64,000 nucleotides of DNA from the sequence record KC801932; one strand, 5' to 3'. Positions within the stretch are counted from its first letter, which is position 1; every line of letters begins with the position of its first letter. The notes below the pieces were generated by a model. The model did not search any database, had not been told where the DNA came from, and was given only the letters and a program-made list of their open reading frames with translations. The stretch is from Escherichia phage Lw1. This document shows positions 52,312-64,000 of this stretch, one piece after another. The position numbers and the translations under genes are program-made.

Positions 52312-52973
52312 TGACACAATTTATTTCAAAGACAAGGGAGGGGGCGAAAGTCCCTTCTCGTGAAGCAGACTTTTTGCAATATGAAATGGGTACGAAAGAA
52401 CCCCTTATTGGTGGTAAACGTACCATCGGCGGTGCAAACGTTGATCAGCTTCGCAAAGGGATAGACTATCCCAACGTACAATCAGCAATCGATGACCTGT
52501 ATTCTCTGACTCAACAGATCCCGATTAACGGGGTTATCATGATGACAGAAGACAGTCCACCGACCGCTGTTCAGCAGGTAGAAACAATCACGTTTGATGG
52601 AACTGTACAAAATCCAGATCCAGACCAAACGAAAGCAACCGTTCATGTTTATGGCTTTCCGTTTGTATTCGATAACACAACGAACGCCTCTACGGTATGC
52701 GAAACAGTATTCAACAAGTTTACTGAATTTGTCAACGACGAAAAATATTTCGATCTGGTTACGCGTAAAGGATTGAACGGGGAAATTCTGGAAGTTCGTT
52801 TTATTGATGCGGTTCCACATCCGGTAACTAACGCAACAGAAAACGGGATCTCTATGGTTGGTGTAATCGACGTACAGGCGCGTTCTGGTTACGGTACGTG
52901 GTCGAAACTGGGTGAGATTGATCTTGCTGTAACTCCACCTGTTCCGATTTATTATTTCAAACGTATTGCGTAA
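52311..52973 (+). CDS. 11: baseplate wedge subunit gp11 (short tail fibre connector)
   Basis: 220 aa (T4 219), synteny. Confidence 0.7.
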   Translation: MTQFISKTREGAKVPSREADFLQYEMGTKEPLIGGKRTIGGANVDQLRKGIDYPNVQSAIDDLYSLTQQIPINGVIMMTEDSPPTAVQQVETITFDGTVQNPDPDQTKATVHVYGFPFVFDNTTNASTVCETVFNKFTEFVNDEKYFDLVTRKGLNGEILEVRFIDAVPHPVTNATENGISMVGVIDVQARSGYGTWSKLGEIDLAVTPPVPIYYFKRIA

Positions 52974-52982
52974 GGATAACCA

Positions 52983-54374
52983 ATGAGTAACAACACAATT
53001 AACCACGTAAGCGATGCGTCAGTTTACGTGACTTTCGATCCGGCTGGTACGCAATGGCCTTCGACGTTTACCAACGTACAGCAAGCCCTAGCCTCTATAG
53101 GCTCATGGGCGCGTGAAGATGTGGGTTTGCCTAACGCTGCCCCTGGTGTGCGTGGTATCGCTGCTATTGCTACCGAGGCGATGATTGACGCAGGTACTGA
53201 CACCGAAACGATCGTTACTCCAGCGCTGTTGGCATATCGTTTACAGAATCCTCATGCGTCACAAACTGTATGGGGTTATACCCGTTATGCGACCGATGCA
53301 GAAGCAACCACAATCACTAACGATTTGGTTTCTGTAACTCCGCGTTCTGTTGATGTTATTTTCAACACCAGACAAGCAACAGAAACTGTATGGGGTTCTG
53401 CGAAACTGTCAACTACAGCACAAGCAACATCAGGTACTGATGACACAACCGCAATGACTCCATTGAAGGTTAAACAAGCGATCTCCGCTCTGGTTCCGGT
53501 TCAATCTAACGCAACGGAAAGTTCGTTCGGTTTGGTTCAGTTGGCTACGGTTGCAGAAGTCCGCGCAGGTACTATCCGCGATGGATTTGCAATTTCACCA
53601 TATACGTTTATTCGTCTGAATGCAACAGAATCCGATCTAGGTATTATTCGAATAGCTTCACAGGGTGAAGTCAACACAGGCGCTGATGATACAAAAGCTG
53701 TTACCCCGCTGAAACTGGCTAACTTGAAAGGTTCTGGTAGCGCGTTTGGTTTGGTTAAATTATCAACAGATGTAAACACAGGGCTGGCGAACACAGCGCT
53801 TTCTGCTGGTGCTAACGTGGTTCCGAGCAACCGTGATAGTGCAATTACTGGTGGTGCTCTGTATCAGGGTTCAGTTACTGGTGCTAATAAATACCAAACA
53901 CATAGCGACGTTGAAGCAAATATTCCTATTGGGTGTATGATGCTCGCGGCATTCAACTCAGATTACGGAAACCTGTTTATCGCAAACGGTCGCGCGATGA
54001 ATAGAAACGCAAACCCAGAACTATTTGCACGTATTGGCTACGCATATGGCGGTAGTGGTGATATTTTCAACCTCCCAGATATGCGCGGGGTTGCTGCTCG
54101 TGGTTTCGATGCGGGACGTGGGTTAGATCCTGGTCGCGGGTTTGGTACATATCAGGCCGATGCGTTTGCGTATCACGAACATAACCTACAGATGATTTTG
54201 CTGAACGGCGGTAATATTCCATCAAGTCAGGCTGTTTATGAACTGAAATGGGCCAAGAAAAATGACCAACGAATCTATGATTTAGATCCGAACTATAGCA
54301 AAGCTAAGGGTGTTGGTGCTAACGAAACGCGAATGAAAAACGTTGCGGTCAACTATGTAATTCGAGTACGATAA
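52983..54374 (+). CDS. 12: short tail fibre protein gp12
   Basis: MSNNT..HVS....YV.FDP; repeated TPLK/ATES.G..QLATVA.VR.GT; C-terminal LPDMRG...NETR.KN..VNYVIRV recalled from T4 gp12. Confidence 0.85.
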   Translation: MSNNTINHVSDASVYVTFDPAGTQWPSTFTNVQQALASIGSWAREDVGLPNAAPGVRGIAAIATEAMIDAGTDTETIVTPALLAYRLQNPHASQTVWGYTRYATDAEATTITNDLVSVTPRSVDVIFNTRQATETVWGSAKLSTTAQATSGTDDTTAMTPLKVKQAISALVPVQSNATESSFGLVQLATVAEVRAGTIRDGFAISPYTFIRLNATESDLGIIRIASQGEVNTGADDTKAVTPLKLANLKGSGSAFGLVKLSTDVNTGLANTALSAGANVVPSNRDSAITGGALYQGSVTGANKYQTHSDVEANIPIGCMMLAAFNSDYGNLFIANGRAMNRNANPELFARIGYAYGGSGDIFNLPDMRGVAARGFDAGRGLDPGRGFGTYQADAFAYHEHNLQMILLNGGNIPSSQAVYELKWAKKNDQRIYDLDPNYSKAKGVGANETRMKNVAVNYVIRVR

Positions 54375-54386
54375 AGGGGTTAATCC

Positions 54387-56675
54387 ATGATTTCAAAACT
54401 TAACCCGTTACCAAAGATCCCGTTTGTTGATGGTGTCCCTTCGGACACCACACAAACCCCGATCAGTTGGATTCTTAACGGTGAGACTCTCGACGGGGCC
54501 AAAACAAAGGTCACTAGCGAGGGTTCTTTAAACAGATGCGGCGTTCTGGTTCAAAAGAACGCGGTGCAATTGGAAACAAACACCATTACGCAAACGGCAA
54601 AAATCAACGAAGTTATCGATCAAGTTAACCTCATTAGTGAAAACCTCGCGGCTATTTCTGATGAAAGCGTGATCGAAAAACTGGATCAGGTCGTTGCTGA
54701 TGTGGAAGTGTTAAAAGTCGATATGACTGCGGTTCAAGGTTCTACCGCAAGCAATACCCTGAAAATTCAGGATCTCGATAAAGATATCGGGACATGGGAT
54801 GCTACAACAGATCCAAAACACCGAACCATTCGCAAAGATATTATTTTTCTGAAAGGGGAAATGGGCGCATATCCTGGATTTAATCAGGACGGTGACGTAG
54901 ATCCTACTTCAACTGGCTCTGGAATGAAATACAAAATCATGACGAACGCGCAAGCGATTTCGATTCATGAAGGGCGTATTACCAGACTGGAAGACGATTG
55001 GGCCAACTCAGATGTAGGCCATTTAACTGATGAAGTTACCGACTTGCGTAATGAAATGGGGCCGAAACATTTAGCAACGTTTGAATCGGTGTACGTTCGT
55101 CTGAATAAAATTGGTACGGATATCACTGGGATTAATACCGAACTGACAGAAATCAACCAATATATCGGTCGTACTGGTACAGGTGGTTCTGGAAGTATTT
55201 CTGCTCGAATGACTACGGCAGAAACGAATATTGTTACTCTGCAAACGCAGATGAATGATTCTTCCGTTGGTGTTCTTCCTCGCGTAATTTCTCTTGAAAA
55301 CCAAGTTGGGAATTCGCAGGTTCCGGGTAGTATTCGTTATGATATCAGTAATATCAAACGTGACATTAGCGACCTGAATATGGTTGTTGGTGAATCAAGC
55401 GATGAAGGGCTACGGGGCGAAATGGCTCAGGTTATGTCCGATATCGGTACAGATTCACAACCTACAAGCATTAAAGGCCGTCTGCTTAACGTAGAGAATA
55501 CGCAGCGCGACGATCACCAGCGTTTGATTGATGTCGAATCTATTGTTGGTAACACCTCAAGCGGACTTGTTGCGGCTAACATCGCAATGGGTAAAGCGGT
55601 TTATGGTGATGCAACCAGTTCAGATCCGTTCCTCAAAGACGGTATTCAGAAAACGACTCGCGATAGCAAAACTGCAATTGGTGTCAACACTACAGGTTCT
55701 GAAACTGGAATCTATAAGTTGATTTCCGATCTGACTGCTCGTGTTGCTGCTCTGGAAAGTGGTTCTGGTAGTGATCTCGAACAGCGTGTTTCCGATCTTG
55801 AAGTCAATAAAGCATCGCATCAGGACGTTACAAACGCACTGGTTCCGTATATTACTGAAACTGAGGCCGATATCAAGTACGAACCGAAGAAGATTCCGCT
55901 TGCGTTCACTCAAAACCTCGTTGGTCGAAATGATTATATCGAAGGTGATGACATTTCTCTGATGGTTACTGTATCTGGTGGTAAAGTCCCTTATGCGTAC
56001 CAGTGGAAGAAAGACAACGCGAACGTAGGTACGAACGCATCAAGTTTGATGATCCAGACCATCACATCGGCTAACGCTGGCGTGTATAAGGTTGAAGTAA
56101 CTGACGCAGATAACACGGTTATCACTTCTAACGAATTGACAATTGCTGTTTATCCGGTTCCTCAGTTCGATACTAACCTGGCTGATAAATCAGTGGTTGA
56201 CGGTGATCCTCTGACTCTGGAAGTTGTGTATAGCGGCGGTAAACCTTCGTACACTTACGAGTGGTTCAAAGATAACTCTGTTATCTCTGGGGCAACATCA
56301 GCAACATTTACCAAATCTGCGGTTACAAGTGCCGATGCTGGTGAATACTATGTTTCTGTGACTGACTCGATGAACAACCAAAATGATTCAGTGAAAGCAA
56401 ATGTGACGGTAACACCACGTCCTGCACTGGCATTCACTACGGATCTGAGTTCTACTAAATCATATAGCACAGGTGCTGATATGGACCTTGCTGTTGTCGT
56501 AACTGGTGGTAAAACACCATATACGTACAAATGGTTTAAAGACACTGCGGAAATTTCCGGTCAGACAGGCGCAAGCCTTACCACTGTAGCAGAAGATGGA
56601 GTGTATAAAGTCGAAGTGACTGATGCACTAACGACTAAAATCACATCAACTGAATGCACGGTAACTGTTGCATAA
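54387..56675 (+). CDS. wac: fibritin (wac, whisker) with three C-terminal Ig-like domains
   Basis: N-terminus LP.IPFVDG......ISWI.NGE..GA.T...SEGS.NR like recalled T4 Wac; central coiled-coil heptads; three about 85-aa repeats (GGK.PY.Y.WFKD....G.....T..A..GVYKVEVTD) replace the foldon. Confidence 0.75.
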   Translation: MISKLNPLPKIPFVDGVPSDTTQTPISWILNGETLDGAKTKVTSEGSLNRCGVLVQKNAVQLETNTITQTAKINEVIDQVNLISENLAAISDESVIEKLDQVVADVEVLKVDMTAVQGSTASNTLKIQDLDKDIGTWDATTDPKHRTIRKDIIFLKGEMGAYPGFNQDGDVDPTSTGSGMKYKIMTNAQAISIHEGRITRLEDDWANSDVGHLTDEVTDLRNEMGPKHLATFESVYVRLNKIGTDITGINTELTEINQYIGRTGTGGSGSISARMTTAETNIVTLQTQMNDSSVGVLPRVISLENQVGNSQVPGSIRYDISNIKRDISDLNMVVGESSDEGLRGEMAQVMSDIGTDSQPTSIKGRLLNVENTQRDDHQRLIDVESIVGNTSSGLVAANIAMGKAVYGDATSSDPFLKDGIQKTTRDSKTAIGVNTTGSETGIYKLISDLTARVAALESGSGSDLEQRVSDLEVNKASHQDVTNALVPYITETEADIKYEPKKIPLAFTQNLVGRNDYIEGDDISLMVTVSGGKVPYAYQWKKDNANVGTNASSLMIQTITSANAGVYKVEVTDADNTVITSNELTIAVYPVPQFDTNLADKSVVDGDPLTLEVVYSGGKPSYTYEWFKDNSVISGATSATFTKSAVTSADAGEYYVSVTDSMNNQNDSVKANVTVTPRPALAFTTDLSSTKSYSTGADMDLAVVVTGGKTPYTYKWFKDTAEISGQTGASLTTVAEDGVYKVEVTDALTTKITSTECTVTVA

Positions 56676-56682
56676 TTTAACA

Positions 56683-56703
56683 AGGGGCGCAAGCCCCTTT
56701 TGA
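56683..56703 (+). terminator. hairpin aaggggcgcaagccccttttg
   Basis: GC stem + T-run immediately after wac. Confidence 0.6.
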
Positions 56704-56710
56704 GGATCAT

Positions 56711-57634
56711 ATGATTACGAACAACCCTGAACAATTGAAGGATGAAATTCTTCGTCGTCTGGGCGCACCAATCATCAAAATCGAAATCACACAAGACCAG
56801 ATTTACGATTGCATTCAACGCGCACTGGATCTGTATGCGGAATATCATTACAACGGAACAAACAAAAGCTATATTATTCTGACACTGGGCGAAGATAACC
56901 CACGCAACGTATTTGATTTGAGCAAAGAACACATTTTCGCGATCACAAAAGTATTGCGTACAAATATCGGTTCCCTGGTTTCTATGGATGGTACAGCGGT
57001 TTATCCGTGGTTTACCGATTTCCTGATGGGGCTTACTGGTGGTTCATTGGGCGGTCGCTGTTCATCCAGTGTATACGGTATGAACGCATACGGTGCGGAT
57101 CTGGGGTATTTTACACAGATGATGTCCTATCAGCGCTCGATGCAAGATTTGCTGGCTCCGTTGCCTGATTACTGGTACAACGATGACACTGGTCAATTTT
57201 GCGCATGGGGTAAAGTCAACTACGGTGATATCATTGTTATTGAAGCGATGGTCCGTTCTTTCGTTGACGTTCCTAGTGCCGTAGGAAGCGTTGCAGGATA
57301 CGCTACAGCGGGTTCTAACGCAGTAGAAGACCAATCTATAGCCGACATCTACGATAACCCTTATAACGCGGTTGTGGGCGGTGTACGTGCGGGGCAGGGA
57401 ACAACTGTTACTGGTGGAACCTCTGCATATAACAACCGTTGGGTAAAAGACTACTCGACCGCGCTGGTAAAAGAAATCAACGGACAAATTCTGGCTAAGT
57501 TCCAGGGTATGCAATTGCCTGGTGGTGTTGCTCCTGATGGAACGCGACTGATCCAGGAAGCAGAAACCAAATTACAAGGATTGCGCGACGAACTGATTTC
57601 TATGTCTGACGCAGTTCCTATTATTATGGTGTAG
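56711..57634 (+). CDS. 13: neck protein gp13
   Basis: 307 aa (T4 309), synteny. Confidence 0.7.
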   Translation: MITNNPEQLKDEILRRLGAPIIKIEITQDQIYDCIQRALDLYAEYHYNGTNKSYIILTLGEDNPRNVFDLSKEHIFAITKVLRTNIGSLVSMDGTAVYPWFTDFLMGLTGGSLGGRCSSSVYGMNAYGADLGYFTQMMSYQRSMQDLLAPLPDYWYNDDTGQFCAWGKVNYGDIIVIEAMVRSFVDVPSAVGSVAGYATAGSNAVEDQSIADIYDNPYNAVVGGVRAGQGTTVTGGTSAYNNRWVKDYSTALVKEINGQILAKFQGMQLPGGVAPDGTRLIQEAETKLQGLRDELISMSDAVPIIMV

Positions 57635-57642
57635 GGGGAATA

Positions 57643-58389
57643 ATGCAAAACTGGGATGAAAGTTTATTCGCTCAGTTGTCAACGGGAGAGGGAGTTGATC
57701 GCAACTTAAAGGATCAAGTTACTAACCCGTATGTAAACTGGTACAAATATAACCCGACACAACAGCTACACGATTCACTGACAGCAGAATCCATACAGAT
57801 GAAATCACCTGATATGTATTATGTCAGACGTGAATTTGTGAATATAGATAAAATACTGGGTGAAGACCGAGAATCTAAATTTACGAAATCGTGGAAGATT
57901 GCGGCATATATTGAATCATACGCCAACTACGAAGGACAGCGGGACTTCTTTAGCAAATTTGGGTTGAGTTCTAACGACGAAATGACGCTGGTACTGAATC
58001 CGCGTTTATTTGCACATCAAACTGATGGTGGTATTCCTGTGTTGGGGGATTTGATTTATTTCCCTATGGACAACAGCCTGTTTGAAATTACATGGGTGGA
58101 AGCAGATCCGTTCTATCAGTTCGGTGATCGTCCTCAACGTAAAATCAACCTGGCTAAATTCATCTACACGGGCGAAGAATTGGCTCCTGAATTGCAGCGA
58201 AACGAGGGAATCCATATTGAACCTGATGCAGAACTGGATCTTGAACCTATTCGAAATCTCGACGGGCTGGCAGATATCAACATTGAACAGTACGAAGAAG
58301 ACAAAGAATTTGAAAAAGAAAGTGACGAGTTCATCGATTCTTTTGATGTTGTCAACGGACGCGGATCTCCATTCGCAACGTTGCCCTAA
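57643..58389 (+). CDS. 14: neck protein gp14
   Basis: 248 aa (T4 256), synteny. Confidence 0.7.
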   Translation: MQNWDESLFAQLSTGEGVDRNLKDQVTNPYVNWYKYNPTQQLHDSLTAESIQMKSPDMYYVRREFVNIDKILGEDRESKFTKSWKIAAYIESYANYEGQRDFFSKFGLSSNDEMTLVLNPRLFAHQTDGGIPVLGDLIYFPMDNSLFEITWVEADPFYQFGDRPQRKINLAKFIYTGEELAPELQRNEGIHIEPDAELDLEPIRNLDGLADINIEQYEEDKEFEKESDEFIDSFDVVNGRGSPFATLP

Positions 58390-58398
58390 ATAGTTTAT

Positions 58399-59172
58399 AT
58401 GGGTATAGGCGAAAGTCTGTACCCTCTTCGAAGAGGATTTTATGATATGGTTGCAAAAATCTCTATAGAACAAAGAGAACATCAATTAAAAGAACGTTGT
58501 GCGGAATTAGAACTATCTTTTGATGGATGGGTAGACCAATCAGCGATCACAAAATATTCAAAGTTTTATGTTGTTTGCAGTAAAGGACATAGAACAGAAA
58601 AACAGATCAAACCATTTGTCAACAAAAGTCGTCCAAACGGATGTTATTTGTGTTCCCCTAAGATGAAAATATCAAAGGAAAACAGAATCGAGGAAATCAA
58701 AACTCTTGCAGATTCAATTGGATATACATTCGTAGATTTCGTTGGGGTGTATAAAGATGCACACACAAAAATATCAATGGTTTGCGATAAAGGCCATAAT
58801 TGGGATGTAAGTATAGTTGCTTTTCTCAATCAAGGTCATCGCTGTAAAAAATGCGCAACGTCTGGGTTCAATCCGAACAAACCAGCATACGTATACGTAC
58901 AATCACTATCTGGAAAATTTCTGAAATTTGGGATAACCAACAGAACACCAAAGAAAAGAATGTGTGCGCAATCAAATAAATCCGTTTATAAACACGAACT
59001 GGTTTATCAAAAATTATTCGATAAAGGTATTGATGCAATGAGTATTGAACAGAAGATCAAACAATCTCTTGTTTGTGGCGTAGTCGATAAATCAGATATG
59101 ATGGATGGATATACAGAAACAACAGATATATCCAATTACGATAAACTGTTGAATATTATAGAAGGAGTATAA
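58399..59172 (+). CDS. T5orf172/GIY-YIG-like putative homing endonuclease inserted between genes 14 and 15
   Basis: two C-x-KGH...C-x2-C zinc-finger-like modules followed by AYVYVQSLSGKFLKFGITNRTPKKR (GIY-YIG-like); start may be the internal MVAKIS. Confidence 0.5.
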   Translation: MGIGESLYPLRRGFYDMVAKISIEQREHQLKERCAELELSFDGWVDQSAITKYSKFYVVCSKGHRTEKQIKPFVNKSRPNGCYLCSPKMKISKENRIEEIKTLADSIGYTFVDFVGVYKDAHTKISMVCDKGHNWDVSIVAFLNQGHRCKKCATSGFNPNKPAYVYVQSLSGKFLKFGITNRTPKKRMCAQSNKSVYKHELVYQKLFDKGIDAMSIEQKIKQSLVCGVVDKSDMMDGYTETTDISNYDKLLNIIEGV

Positions 59173-59174
59173 AA

Positions 59175-59992
59175 TTGTTTGGCTACTGGTATAATAGCTC
59201 ACTGCGTAACTACATTGTTCTTATGGGACAATTGTTTAACCATGTTCAGGTTAAAAGAGTTCGCGGCGACCAAGAAAAATTTATTAAGGTTCCAATTACC
59301 TACGCATCGAAAGAGAAATTTCTTGCTTCCATGAATAAACTCAACTATGCGTATAGTCAGGAAAACGTAGCAAAGACGGAAACCATTTTACCGCGAATGA
59401 ACTTATCACTGGTCGATCTGCAATATAACGCAATTCGTAAAACCAGCATCGCGGTCAACCAAAAAATGACGCAATTGCAATCACCCCGCAAGACGATCAC
59501 GCAGTTTAACCCTGTGCCTTATCGTTTAATTTTTGAACTGGGTGTGTATACGCGATATGAAGACGACATGTTTCAGATTGCAGAACAGATTTTACCGTAT
59601 TTTCAACCACATTTCAACTGCAAGATTACCGAACTGCATAAGAACGAAATCACAGTTGACCGAGACATCAAAATCAGTCTCCAGTCGGTTGCACCAGATA
59701 CAACGTTTGAGGGCGAAGCATCACAGCGCCGACATGTTGAATGGTCTTTCATGTTCGAATTGCAGGGTTATCTGTACCCGCCTGTTACTGACGTTAAGGG
59801 CGAAATCAGAACAGTATACACGGATTTCTTTGCCAATATGAACCCATTGGATAAAGATAACTTTGAATCCGTTGATAGTCAAGCCGATCCGGTAGATCTG
59901 CCTTTGCAGGATTACACGGGCGAAGAATATATTCAGACGTATTCGCACGATAAGCCGATCCCGTCTGGTGATGAACCTCCTAAGCCGAGGGA

Positions 59993-59996
<4 letters not shown>
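59175..59996 (+). CDS. 15: tail sheath stabiliser / tail completion protein gp15
   Basis: MFGYWYNSS.RNY..LMG.LF recalled from T4 gp15; apparent TTG start with GGAG RBS 7 nt upstream. Confidence 0.85.
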
Positions 59997-62336
<2,340 letters not shown>

Positions 62337-62354
62337 ATTAGAGGAAATTCTATA

Positions 62355-64000
62355 ATGGCTTTACAATCTCCAGGTATTGAAACCAAAGAAACATCGGTAC
62401 AATCTACCGTTGTTCGAAATTCAACTGGTCGCGCTGCCATTGTTGGTAAATTTTCATGGGGGCCAGCTTATCAGATCCGTCAGATTTCTAACGAAGTCGA
62501 ACTGGTAAACTATTTTGGTTCCCCAGACAACCTAACCGCTGATTATTTCATGAGTGCTGTTAACTTCTTGCAGTACGGTAATGATCTCCGTGTGGTTCGT
62601 GTTGTCGATAAAGATGCCGCAAAAAACGCAAGCGCAATTTTTAACCAGATCAAAACAACCATTGCTTCGCAGGGTTCCAACTACACCGTTGGCGACGTAA
62701 TTAAGGTAAAATATAGCAACAACGTAGTTGAAGAAAATGGTAAAGTGTCAAAAGTTGACAGTAACGGCAAAATCCTTGCGGTAGTCATCCCAAGCGAAAA
62801 AATCGTTGCTCGTGCAAAACAGATCGGGACTTATCCAGATATTTCTACTGGCTGGACTACTGAAATCGTTTCTCAGTCTTCTGGTGTGTCTGCGTCAATC
62901 ACGATCGATGGTATCGAAAGCGATTCTGGTATCACTCTGCTGAACCTGGATATTGCTAAAGAAACCATTCAAGGAACTGCGTTCCAGACACTGACCCAGA
63001 AATACCAGATCCCATCTGTTGTGGCTCTGTATCCTGGCGAACTGGGTTCTACTGTAGAGGTGGAGATTATCTCCAAAGCTGCTTACGATTCTGGCGCTAT
63101 GATTTCCGGTTTCCCTTCTGGGATCTCCGTTAAAAACAGCGGTCGCTCTGTGATGACTTATGGTCCACAGACCGAAAACCAGTACGCTTTTGTTGTGCGT
63201 CGTGGTGGTATTGTACAAGAATCTTTCATCGTGTCAACAGAAAAAACCGACAAAGATATCTACGGCGTAAACATCTATATGGATGACTTTTTCGCTAACG
63301 GTGGTTCACAGTACGTATTCGGTACTTCTATGAACTGGCCTAAAGGCTTCTCCGGTATTCTAGAATTTGGTGGTGGTTTGTCCTCAAACGACACCGTAGG
63401 CGCTGATGAACTGATGACTGGTTGGGATATGTTCGCTGATCGCGAAGCCCTTCACGTCCCGCTGCTGATTGCTGGTGCTTGTGCTGGTGAAACCGTAGAA
63501 GTAATGTCTACTGTTCAGAAGCATGTTATCTCGATCGGTGACGAACGTCAGGATTGTACTGTGTTTGTATCGCCTCCGCGTTCTCTTCTGGTGAACATTC
63601 CTCTTGCTCAGGCAGTGGATAACATCGTTGAATGGCGTATGGGATATACAATCAGTGGTAACACTCCGGTAGACAACAACCTGAACGTAAGTTCAAGCTA
63701 TGGCTTCCTGGATGGTAACTATAAATATCAGTATGATAAATACAATGACGTGAACCGCTGGGTTCCGCTGGCAGGTGATATCGCTGGCCTGTGTGTTTAC
63801 ACTGATAGCGTTGCGCAACCGTGGATGTCTCCGGCTGGTTACAACCGTGGTCAGATCCGTAACTGCATTAAACTGGCTATTGAACCGCGTACTGCACACC
63901 GTGACGCGATGTATCAAGTTCAGATTAACCCGGTAACAGGTTTTGCAGGTGGCTCTGGTTTCGTTCTGTTCGGTGATAAAACACTGACTAATGTTCCGAG
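62355..64000 (+). CDS. 18: tail sheath protein gp18 (3'-truncated by window end)
   Basis: MALQSPGIETKETSVQSTVV.NSTG.AA..GKF.WGPA.QI.Q..NEV.LVN.FG and FLQYGNDLRVVR recalled from T4 gp18; TATAAATT 16 nt upstream of ATG. Confidence 0.9.
   Translation, partial: MALQSPGIETKETSVQSTVVRNSTGRAAIVGKFSWGPAYQIRQISNEVELVNYFGSPDNLTADYFMSAVNFLQYGNDLRVVRVVDKDAAKNASAIFNQIKTTIASQGSNYTVGDVIKVKYSNNVVEENGKVSKVDSNGKILAVVIPSEKIVARAKQIGTYPDISTGWTTEIVSQSSGVSASITIDGIESDSGITLLNLDIAKETIQGTAFQTLTQKYQIPSVVALYPGELGSTVEVEIISKAAYDSGAMISGFPSGISVKNSGRSVMTYGPQTENQYAFVVRRGGIVQESFIVSTEKTDKDIYGVNIYMDDFFANGGSQYVFGTSMNWPKGFSGILEFGGGLSSNDTVGADELMTGWDMFADREALHVPLLIAGACAGETVEVMSTVQKHVISIGDERQDCTVFVSPPRSLLVNIPLAQAVDNIVEWRMGYTISGNTPVDNNLNVSSSYGFLDGNYKYQYDKYNDVNRWVPLAGDIAGLCVYTDSVAQPWMSPAGYNRGQIRNCIKLAIEPRTAHRDAMYQVQINPVTGFAGGSGFVLFGDKTLTNVP

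Overview
This window reads as a T4-like (Tevenvirinae-type) myophage genome segment. No database search was run: all calls rest on motifs read from the ORF translations, recalled similarity to T4 proteins, and synteny. Layout: (i) 48-440, baseplate gene 25 on the plus strand, followed by a hairpin terminator; (ii) ~0.5-35 kb, a long minus-strand array of mostly small early-type genes (hyperplastic region) punctuated by near-identical ~55-bp hairpin + extended -10 cassettes resembling the PeSL elements reported for RB49/phi1-type phages. Recognisable products here include thymidine kinase, a Dcm-like C5-cytosine methyltransferase, a bifunctional NMN adenylyltransferase/Nudix protein, a second Nudix hydrolase, a T5-type M15 endolysin, a PIN-PhoH ATPase, a TARG1/DarG-like macrodomain, a Pol-beta-fold nucleotidyltransferase, a 739-aa vWA protein, a radical-SAM/SPASM-like Fe-S protein, a DUF262 protein, an SPFH protein and a GIY-YIG homing endonuclease; (iii) 34.6-39.1 kb, the conserved minus-strand module 4-2-3-1-57A-57B, where 57B is the Acb1 anti-CBASS 2H-phosphoesterase, interrupted by a plus-strand, codon-optimised gene with a T4 internal-protein-like capsid targeting sequence; (iv) 39.1-64 kb, the plus-strand late structural/packaging module 53, 5, an unusual 690-aa ORF, 6, 7, 8, 9, 10, 11, 12, wac (with C-terminal Ig-like repeats), 13, 14, a T5orf172-type endonuclease insertion, 15, 16, 17 and the 5' part of 18. 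No rRNA, tRNA or CRISPR array was recognised by eye. The most interesting material is a loose archipelago of candidate counter-defence genes in the early region, two unrelated proteins sharing an identical 17-aa N-terminal leader around the vWA gene, and the large ORF inserted between the spike gene 5 and gene 6.
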